Assembly: GCA_963702425.1 (NCBI GenBank)
Contig: CAVPCQ010000033.1
Coordinates: 28,673-92,672, forward strand
DNA: 64,000 nt
Direction: 5' to 3'
Source of the DNA: an uncultured Acidobacteriota bacterium
Lineage (GTDB): Bacteria > Acidobacteriota > Polarisedimenticolia > J045
In this document: positions 45,720 through 55,730 of the stretch, in pieces
Numbering within the stretch: the stretch's first letter is position 1
Layout of the letters: the number at the start of each line of letters is the position of its first letter
Made by a program: the position numbers and the translations under genes
Notes under the pieces: generated by a model
Databases searched by the model: none
Seen by the model: the letters and a program-made list of their open reading frames with translations, nothing else
Told to the model about the DNA's origin: nothing

Positions 45720-45740
45720 TCCCTTGCGGGTCCGGCGCGC

Positions 45741-45804
45741 CGAGACGCACGGCACACGATTCGAGACGCACGGATTACCACTTTCGCCGCGGGTCTGGCA
45801 ACAT
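45741..45804 (+). promoter_or_regulatory. Candidate AraC/HTCS operator (direct repeat, 21-bp period) with adjacent weak promoter
   Basis: CGAGACGCACGG at 45741-45752 and 45762-45773; then TTACCA (45775-45780), 18-nt spacer, CAACAT (45799-45804). Confidence 0.55.
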
Positions 45805-45900
45805 CCGCGCCTGTTGCACGAGCCCGCCAGACCGTCGTCGCCAGCACGCGCCGGCACGGCCGGCCCTGACTTACGAGCTTGCTAACCAACGAGGAACACG

Positions 45901-46938
45901 ATGCCGATCCGAACTGCTCTCTCTCTCCTGATTCTTTCGTCTCTCGCCGCGCTCCCCGCGGCCGCCGCCCCGGAGAAGGTCCCCACCAAGGCCGGCTCCA
46001 CCGAGGGCGTGGCGCGGACGGCGCCGCCCCAGCAGCTCAAGCCGGGAGAGTACTTATGGCACCCGGAGGTCTCACCCTCCGGCCCGCTCGTGATGGTCGT
46101 CTCGATCCCCGACCAGCGCGCCAACGTCTATCGCAACGGCGTGATCATCGGGGCGACGACGGTCTCGACCGGGAAGAAGGGGCACGAGACGCCGACCGGC
46201 GTTTTCACCGTGCTCGAGAAGGATGTCGACCACCACTCGAGCATCTACAACAATGCACCGATGCCGTACATGGAGCGGCTGACCTGGTCCGGCGTCGCGC
46301 TCCACGCCGGGAAGCTCCCGGGCTACCCGGCATCGCACGGGTGCGTCCGCATGCCCTACGAGTTCGCACGGCTGCTGTTCGGCGAGACAAGAAAAGGAAT
46401 GACGGTGGTCGTCTCCGACGACGCTCAGTTCCCCTCGACCGTCGCGCACCCGGGCCTGTTCGCCCCGATCGACCAGGCCGGGGCGGCGATCCAGGAGCCG
46501 AAGCGTATCGGCGACTACGTCTGGCAGCCCGAGAGCGCCCCCGAGGGGCCGGTCTCCATCCTCGTCAGCGGCGCGGACGGCCGGGTCCGGATCTTCCGCA
46601 ACGGCGTCGAGATCGGGCGCTCGCCCTTCACGCTTGCCGACCCGGGCCGGCAGCTCAAGCCGCACGTCTTCACGCTGCTCGACCCGGACGGCTCGGGGCC
46701 TCCGCAATGGATGGTCGTGGCCGGGCAGCCGATGGACGCGTCGTCGACGGACCAGCTTCTCGCTGGCATCCAGATCCCCCGCGAGTTCGTCGCCAAGGCG
46801 ACCGCCGTGATGGCGCCGGGCACGACGATGCTGGTCACGCCCACCACCGCCACCGGCGAGACGACCTCCCCCTCCCCCGGCTTCACGGTGATCGCCTCGG
46901 AAAAGGAGCCGGAAGCCCCGAGCAAGAAGAAGGGCTAG
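45901..46938 (+). CDS. L,D-transpeptidase family protein (YkuD)
   Basis: Signal peptide; VSTGKKGHETPTGVF, GVALHAG..PGYPASHGCVR. Confidence 0.92.
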   Translation: MPIRTALSLLILSSLAALPAAAAPEKVPTKAGSTEGVARTAPPQQLKPGEYLWHPEVSPSGPLVMVVSIPDQRANVYRNGVIIGATTVSTGKKGHETPTGVFTVLEKDVDHHSSIYNNAPMPYMERLTWSGVALHAGKLPGYPASHGCVRMPYEFARLLFGETRKGMTVVVSDDAQFPSTVAHPGLFAPIDQAGAAIQEPKRIGDYVWQPESAPEGPVSILVSGADGRVRIFRNGVEIGRSPFTLADPGRQLKPHVFTLLDPDGSGPPQWMVVAGQPMDASSTDQLLAGIQIPREFVAKATAVMAPGTTMLVTPTTATGETTSPSPGFTVIASEKEPEAPSKKKG

Positions 46939-46986
46939 CGCCGCCCGCGCCCGCCTGTTCATCGAGCCGATAGCTCAAGGAGATAC

Positions 46987-47872
46987 GTGATGAAGACAGT
47001 CAAGATGCTCGTCCTGCCCCTGTTCCTCCTGTCCGTCGTCGCCGGGAGCGGCGCCGCGCTGGCCGACACCACCGAAGCGACCTGCGAGGTCCGCAAGGAC
47101 GGCGAAATCAAGCAGGGCGCCACCGGCCCCTGCACCTTCTCCCAGCGCCAGGGTTACGTCTCGATCGACCTGCGCAACGGCCAGCGGATCGAGCTGAGCC
47201 CGGGCGACAAGCCCAACCACTTCAAGGACGAGAAGGGCAAGACCGTGGTCCGCACGGTGACGGACAGCGGGCACGAGTACAAGTCGGAGGGCAAGAAGGT
47301 GATCGTGCGCTGGAACGCCGGCTCGGGCGCGTCCTCCGGCTCCGGCTCCGAAACCGGTGACACGCCGCACGCCCTGCGGGATCTCGTCGGCGCGCGCGCG
47401 TCGAGCGGCGAGGAAGCGCTCGTGCAGCGCGGCTACTCGTACCGCAATGGCTCGACCTCGGGAGACGCCAAGTACAGCAACTGGAGAGAGAACTCCACGG
47501 GCCGCTGCATCACGGTTCGCACCGAGAACGGTCGCTACGCCTCGATCGTCCATGTTCCGGAGTTGGACTGCCAGAAGGGCGAGTCGGAGCACGGCGCCGG
47601 CGGCAATGCACGTCGAAGGGCAGTGGGATCCGATCCCGTGCCGGTTCACCGGGGAGCGGAAGACCTGCCAGGCCTACACCTCCTTCTCCCAGGCCGGGAC
47701 CAGCGTCGAGGTCAAGTTCCCCGACGGCTTCGTCCGCAAGTTCGTCTACGACGGCGGCAACTTCCGCAGCAACGACGGACTGAGCTGGAAGTCCCGGAAG
47801 CAGGGCGGGACGTACTTCGTGTCCAACGACAACAAGGAGGAGTTCGAGATTCCCGCGGACTGGTTCAGGTAA
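46987..47872 (+). CDS. Secreted multidomain hypothetical protein (three small Cys-paired domains); frameshift near 47595
   Basis: Signal peptide ending ALA; CTFSQRQG domain; DLVGARASSGE...C...C domain; IPC...C...PDG...EFEIP domain in ORF 47357..47872. Confidence 0.7.
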
Positions 47873-47914
47873 CCACGGGCGGGCCGCTCACGGGACCCTC
47901 GGAGTCATGGCGTG

Positions 47915-48672
47915 ATGTACCGATAGAATGCAGCCACCTCGCTGCTCGGCCTGGCGCTGTTGCTCGGCGCCGCCTCTGCGGCCTGCGCGGCGGACGAGAT
48001 CCGGACCGAGCGGGTCCAGTTCAATCCCGGCGCGACCAGCGCGGTCGTCGAGGGCTCGATCAAGGGGTACGCCGTCGTCGACTACGTCGTCAACGCGCGC
48101 GAAGGCCAGCAGATGAACGCCAGCCTGGCGACGAAGCACGGGGCCACCTACTTCAACATCCTGGCCCCGGGCGAGAACGAAGTCGCGATGTTCAACGGCT
48201 CGACGAGCGAGAACCAGTACGAAGGGACGCTCCCGAAGAGCGGCGACTACAAGCTCCGCGTCTACATGATGCGCTCGGCCGCGCGCCGCGACGAGACCGC
48301 GAACTACCGGCTGGAGATCATCATCACGGGCGGCGGGACCCACTCCTCCGGCGCCGCCGGGCGACGCCAAGGTGGCCGGCACCGATTTCCACGCCACCGG
48401 GCAAGATCCCCTGCTCGATGGGCGGCGGGCAGCCGACCGGCTCCTGCGACTTCGGCGTGACCCGCGAGGGAGGCGGCAGCGGGATGGTCACGGTGACCAG
48501 GCCCGACGGCCGCAAGCGCGTGATCTTCTTCGAGAAGGGGCGCGCCACCGGCTACGACCAGAGCCAGGCCGACACGGGGGAGTTCCGCGCCAGCCGCCAG
48601 GAGGACCTGTCGATCGTCCAGATCGGCAGCGAGCGGTACGAGATCCCCGACGCCGTGATCAACGGCGGCTGA
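47915..48672 (+). CDS. Secreted PliG-like (g-type lysozyme inhibitor-like) protein with extra C-terminal domain; frameshifted, start approximate
   Basis: ERVQFNPGATSAVVEGSIKGY..VDY...GQ...YFNIL...LPKSGDYKLRVYMMRSAARR; C-terminal IPC...CDFGV...PDG...RYEIPDAV. Confidence 0.6.
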
Positions 48673-48727
48673 CCGCCGTCTCGACCCGAAGCCCGTTTCG
48701 CCAGACTCCATCCAGGGGACACTGTTC

Positions 48728-50810
48728 ATGACGAAAGCGACCGGAGCACTCAACACGACGATCCTCGCCGGCCTGGCGATCCTGCTGCTGCAGGGCTGTT
48801 CGGCGCCGCCGCCGCCGCCCGCCGAGCCCCCGCGCGGCAAGGCGGCGGTCGCTCCGTGGGGCTTCGATCTCACCGCGCTGGACAAGGCCGTCAAGCCGGG
48901 CGACGACTTCTACCGCTTCGCCGGCGGGACCTGGATGAAGAGCGCCACGATCCCGCCGGACCAGCAGATGTGGGGTCCGATGTCCGAGCTTGGGGAGAAG
49001 GCGGACGAAAGACGTCAAGGCCCTCCTGGTCGAGTTGACCGCGAAGCCGAACCCGCCCGGCTCCGTCGAGCAGAAGATCGCGGATTTCTACTCGTCCTAC
49101 CTCGACACCGCCACCATCAACAAGCTGGGGCTGGCGCCGTTCCAGGCCGACCTCGCCGCGATCGCCGCGCTGCGGACCCACGAGCAGGTCGCGGCCCTGG
49201 TCGCGCGCCCCGGGTTCGCCGGCACCAGTCCGATTTCGTGGTGCCGACGGTCGACGACAAGGATCCCGACCGGTACGTCGCCGCGGTCGTGCAGAGCGGG
49301 CTGGGCCTGCCGAGCCGCGACTACTACCTGAGCAAGGACCCGGGATTCGCCGCTATCCGGGACCAGTACAGGGCGTACATCGCGAAGCTGCTCGCCCTCT
49401 CCGGGACCGGAGAGCGCGGCGACGGCCGGCGCCGTGCTCGCGCTCGAGACGAAGATCGCGGAGCGGCAGTGGCCGCTCGAGAAGCAGCGGGACCGCGATC
49501 TCACGTACAACGCGAGGACGAAGGCCGAGCTGCTCGAGCAGTTCCCGTCGTTCCCGTGGCGGGCGATGCTCGAGTCCGGGGGGCTCGACCGGCAGGACCG
49601 CTTCGTCGTCGCCGAGATCGGGGCGATCGACGAGCTGGCGAAGCTGTTCCGCAGCACGCCGGTCGAGACCTGGCGGGCCTACCTGACCGTCCACTACCTC
49701 CAGTCGATGTCGGACATCATGCCGGCGGAGTACGACGACGCCACGTTCGCGTTCTACGGGAAGGTCGTCGGGGGCGTGCAGAGCCAGAGCGAGCGCTGGA
49801 AGCGGGCCGTCGGGGCGCTGAACGGCCCGCGGGGCGGCGGCCCCCTGGCCGAGGGGGTCGGTTCGCTCTACGTCAGGAAGCACTTCTCGGCGGAGGCCAA
49901 GGCCCAGATCGTGGCCCTGGTGAACAACCTGCTGTCGGCCTACCAGGCGCGGATCCGGAACTCGGACTGGATGTCTCCGGAGACCCGGGAGGTCGCGATC
50001 AGGAAGGCGCAGACGGTCCGCGTGAAGGTCGGCTATCCGGACACCTGGCGCGACTACTCGAAGCTCGAGATCAGGCCGGGCGACGCCTACGGCAACCGGG
50101 TCGCGGAGCGAGCGGTTCGAATGGGACCGGATCGTCTCGCGGATCGACGGCAAGACCGATCGGGACGAGTGGGGGATGGGTCCGCAGACCGTCAACGCGT
50201 ACTACAACCCGCGGTTCAACGAGATCGTCTTCCCCGCCGCGATCCTGCAGCCGCCCTACTTCGACCCGAACGCCGACCCGGCGATCAACTACGGCGGCAT
50301 CGGCGCGGTGATCGGCCACGAGATGGGCCACGGGTACGACGACCAGGGCGCGAAGTCGGACGAGAAGGGCGTGCTGCGGCCGTGGTGGAAGCCGGAGGAC
50401 GAGGAGCGGTTCCGCGCGAAGACGCGGGCGCTCGCCGCGCAGTTCTCGACCTACTCGCCGTTCCCGGGCTGCACGTCAACGGGGACTTCACCTCGGGCGA
50501 GAACATCGGCGACCTCGGCGGCACCGCCGTGGCGCTCGAGGCGTACCGGATCTCGCTGAAGGGGCAGACGCCGCCCGTGCTGGACGGCTTCACCGGGGAG
50601 CAGCGGTTCTACCTCGGATGGGCCCAGGTGTGGCGCTCGGTCGCCCGCGAGGAGTTCCTTCGGATGGCCACGACATCGGACTACCACTCGCCGGACGAGT
50701 TCCGCGTCAACGGGATCGTGCGCAACATGGACGGCTGGTACGACGCGTTCCAAGTGAAGCCGGGCGACACGCTTTACCTGAAGCCCGAGGAGCGGGTCCG
50801 GATCTGGTAG
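48728..50810 (+). CDS. M13-family (neprilysin/PepO-like) metallopeptidase, probable lipoprotein; frameshifted
   Basis: LLQGC lipobox; PGDDFY, GLGLPSRDYY, VNAYY, FPAAILQPP, GHEMGHGYDDQG, GENIGD, HSPDEFRVNG. Confidence 0.9.
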
Positions 50811-50903
50811 GGGGCTCCGGGCCGGTCGGCTGGTCCCCGCCCCCCCGCCCCCTATAATCGCCCGTTTCCCGGGGCCTTCCGTCCCGGACGGGGCCGCTCC
50901 CGC

Positions 50904-52704
<1,801 letters not shown>

Positions 52705-52716
52705 GCTTCCCGGTCA

Positions 52717-53023
52717 AGGCCAGCGTGTAGCTCACCGCGCTCGAGCGCAGACCAGAGAGGCCGGCGCCGAGAAGCCCGAGCCGGTCGCGCCGTCCTTCCG
52801 GATCCGCACCCAGTTTGTCTCGCCGGGAGACAGCGCGCTCTCGGCCAGCGTGAACCGCCCTTGGCCGTCCAGCGTCACACCGGGGATCCGGTTCCGGTAG
52901 CCGGACGGCGCCACCACGTCCACCGTGTACGCCTCCGCGCCGGCGCCGCTGCTCACCACGAACCTGTATCCCGCTCCGCTCGACAGCGGGCCGTCGGCTG
53001 CCACGCTCGGCGGGGCCACCCCG
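52717..53023 (-). pseudogene. Eroded third copy of the RHS homology arm (no toxin tip)
   Basis: GVAPPSVAADGPLSSGAGYRFVV...NWVRIRKDGATGSGFSAP, then VSYTLA after an internal deletion; ends 13 bp from the lepA stop. Confidence 0.85.
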
Positions 53024-53053
53024 GCTCGTCGCCGCGTCGGCAGTGTCTGGCTC

Positions 53054-53476
53054 TCATTGGGCGGGCCTCGCTGGGCCGTCGCTTCCCCCGTTCTCACTCC
53101 GCGTGTCGTCGTGCGGCCTAGCGCCAGATTTCGCCGCTATGCGTAGCCAGAGCGCCGCAAGAGAGAGCCAGATCACTGCATTCGCGACACTGGGCAGCCC
53201 GGCGAACACGACCCAGCTGCTCAGCAAGTGCGGAGTCGGTAGATGCAATATCAGGTCCGGCCACAGAAATACGAAACCGAGCGTGCCCGGGAGGCCGGCC
53301 AGCAACAGCCACAGATCAAACGGAGCATGCCCCGCACGCCACGACGCACCATTCAATAGCCAAAGAAGATTGAGAAGCACCACCTGCCACGCGGTGAGGG
53401 TCAGCGCTCTTTGGAGGACCACTCTCGAGCGACCCGCATCTCGTGTCCCCTGCATCGCTGGGACCCCCTTTATCAT
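53054..53476 (-). CDS. Putative membrane immunity protein for the orphan RHS toxin
   Basis: Small multi-TM ORF with atypical, lower-GC codons directly downstream of the toxin tip. Confidence 0.55.
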   Translation of the reverse strand: MIKGVPAMQGTRDAGRSRVVLQRALTLTAWQVVLLNLLWLLNGASWRAGHAPFDLWLLLAGLPGTLGFVFLWPDLILHLPTPHLLSSWVVFAGLPSVANAVIWLSLAALWLRIAAKSGARPHDDTRSENGGSDGPARPAQ

Positions 53477-53560
53477 CGCTTCCTGCGGCAGAAACTCCCG
53501 TATGCGATGTTGCTCACTTGCCGGCCGCCTTGGAACACAGAGAATGCTCCCGCTCGCGAG

Positions 53561-55201
53561 TTACTTCGTGGGGGGCGGTCCGGTCGCAGTGAACGGCGTC
53601 TGCGCGTTCTTCGCCTGAATCACAGTGCGGAGGCGCTTTGTCTTCCCTTCGATCGATCGCAACAGCGCCGCTTTCATCGCTGGATCGGAGCAGCCGGCCC
53701 ACGCCCTCACCTGCTTTTCGATTTGGCTGAATGGGACAGCCGGCGATGTGAGTTGGCCCGTTTGGTTTCCGACAGACAGGAGGACGTTGTACGTATTCCG
53801 TGCGGCGTCCACGGCGCGCTGGGGGTTCTTCTCCGTCTTGTCGGGTTCATGTCCAGCGAGATTGTGACCCCCGAGATCGCCGAATCCTGCGTGAGAGTAA
53901 GCATCCTGAATCACATGCACCGCCCGACCGAGGTCCTTGCGATCCTGGCTACTCACAGCAGCTTCGATCAGCACGTCCTGGCGAGATGTGCTGTTACCGA
54001 AGGAGTGCCACTCGCGCCGGTTTTCCCTCGATTCATAAGCGGAGTACACGCTATCGACATTCCAGTCGGCTGCGGCGATGACCCCCGCGAGTCCGTCGCT
54101 GTAGCCGACTGCCATGGCCAGCACTTGCGTGAGGTCGTTGTGGACGTCCTCGCCATAGCGTCCATCTGGATCGCGATATCGGAGCGGATTGCCGAAGGCA
54201 TAGCTGTACCTGTTGAATGATGACGACACCAACAGGTCCCCTGTGACGGTATCGGCGCTTACGAAAGCCGCCGCAGGGCTTCCGTAGTACCGCGCCCCCA
54301 TGTAATCCAGCCCCGTCGCCAGGTCCCGCTCGTGCCCCGTGAACTGCCGCGTGCTCCCCCCGACCGACGGCGTCGCGCTCTGTGGCATCCGCGCCCCGTA
54401 CGGGTAGTCGTCGCAGCCCACCTTCACGTACCCCGCCTCCTCCGTCACGTCGCGCAGCGTCCCGAGGTGGTCGCGGTGGTGGTACCAGTTCACGAAGTAC
54501 GGCCCGCTCGGCGCGTCCGGCGCCGGCGGATCCCCGGCGCACGGGTCCCGCCCCGCTCCCTGGTCCCCCGCCACAGACGACGGCAGACCCGGCGCCGGGC
54601 TCGCCGCCCCGGCCGCCGTCTCCCGGTACAGGCTCCCGCACGGCACCGACAGCGCCTGCGAGGCCAGCGTGTAACTCACCACGCTCGACGGCAGCGCCAC
54701 CGGCGTCAGCAGCACCGTCGTCTGACCGTCCCCCGCGCGGAAGGACAGCCGCTGCGAGACCCCCGTGTCCTGCGCCAGGCTCCAGCGCACCACCAGGCTG
54801 GTCGCCGTCCAGTGGATCGACAGCGCCCGCACCGGGTTCGGGGAGGAGGGCGTCACGGTCGGATCGTAGACCAGGGAGACCGGCGCCGAAAAACCCGAGC
54901 CGGTCGCGCCGTCCTTCCGGATCCGCACCCAGTTTGTCTCGCCGGGAGAGAGAGCGCTCTCGGCCAGCGTGAACCGCCCCTGACCGTCCAGCGTCACGCC
55001 GGGGATCCGGTTGCGATAACCGGAGCTTGCCGCCACGTCCACCGTGTTCGCCCCCGCGCCGGCGCCGCTGGTCACCACGAAGCGGTACCCCGCTTCGCCC
55101 GTCATCGGGCTGTCGCCTGCCAGGCTCGGCGGGGCCACGCCGACCTTCCGCTCCACCAGCAGCTTCCCCGGGCTGTACACGACGTCGGTCGCCAGCGCCA
55201 T
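53561..55201 (-). CDS. Orphan RHS C-terminal module with Zn-dependent phospholipase C/HET-C-like toxin tip
   Basis: YHHRDHLG, FTGHERD, GLDYMGARYY, NRYSYAFGNPLRYRDPDG; tip YGEDVH...D...WH...HVIQDAYSH...H. Confidence 0.85.
   Translation of the reverse strand: MALATDVVYSPGKLLVERKVGVAPPSLAGDSPMTGEAGYRFVVTSGAGAGANTVDVAASSGYRNRIPGVTLDGQGRFTLAESALSPGETNWVRIRKDGATGSGFSAPVSLVYDPTVTPSSPNPVRALSIHWTATSLVVRWSLAQDTGVSQRLSFRAGDGQTTVLLTPVALPSSVVSYTLASQALSVPCGSLYRETAAGAASPAPGLPSSVAGDQGAGRDPCAGDPPAPDAPSGPYFVNWYHHRDHLGTLRDVTEEAGYVKVGCDDYPYGARMPQSATPSVGGSTRQFTGHERDLATGLDYMGARYYGSPAAAFVSADTVTGDLLVSSSFNRYSYAFGNPLRYRDPDGRYGEDVHNDLTQVLAMAVGYSDGLAGVIAAADWNVDSVYSAYESRENRREWHSFGNSTSRQDVLIEAAVSSQDRKDLGRAVHVIQDAYSHAGFGDLGGHNLAGHEPDKTEKNPQRAVDAARNTYNVLLSVGNQTGQLTSPAVPFSQIEKQVRAWAGCSDPAMKAALLRSIEGKTKRLRTVIQAKNAQTPFTATGPPPTK
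54282..55199 (-). repeat. 918-bp near-identical repeat, copy B of the RHS homology arm
   Basis: Collinear with 56430-57347, differing only by scattered substitutions. Confidence 0.92.
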
Positions 55202-55214
55202 CTCCTCTCGGTGC

Positions 55215-55730
55215 CTACAGCGGCGGGAGGGCGACGACAAGCGAGCCGTTGCTCTGCTCTCTCAACCTCGCGGGGTCTAGGAACCGGCGATCGGTGACAC
55301 GAGCAGTAGATGCTGCAAGGTCGATGTCGAAATAAACGAGACGCCCCGACTCCCTCGAGTAGATCGACGCGACAATGACCTGGTCCTCTTCGTCCGGATC
55401 TGCCTGAGAGTAGCCGAAGTCCAACAGCGGAGTGTGCGCGGAAGTAGGCTCTAAGCTCCAGCTGATTACGAGGCCGCGCGGCCGCGCGCTGAGATACAAC
55501 TTCTCGTAGCGACGGCGCGCGCCGAACTCGGAGTCGAGGAAGCCACCCTTCAGAATGAAGGAGCCACCCTCGAGGCCTGGGCAGTCGATGAGATAGCCAA
55601 GCTCTGTTTCGTTCCAGGCACAGGCCCGACGAGGCGCCGTGAAATAGGCGTAGACGCCAACCAGGCACGCGAGAGCAGCAAGAGCGAGCGCGCCGTACGC
55701 CACGACCCGAGCCCGAGCGGACATCGTCAC
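55215..55730 (-). CDS. Putative immunity protein for the main RHS toxin (N-terminal membrane anchor)
   Basis: Start overlaps the RHS stop; N-terminal hydrophobic helix, a Cys pair, lower GC. Confidence 0.65.
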   Translation of the reverse strand: MTMSARARVVAYGALALAALACLVGVYAYFTAPRRACAWNETELGYLIDCPGLEGGSFILKGGFLDSEFGARRRYEKLYLSARPRGLVISWSLEPTSAHTPLLDFGYSQADPDEEDQVIVASIYSRESGRLVYFDIDLAASTARVTDRRFLDPARLREQSNGSLVVALPPL

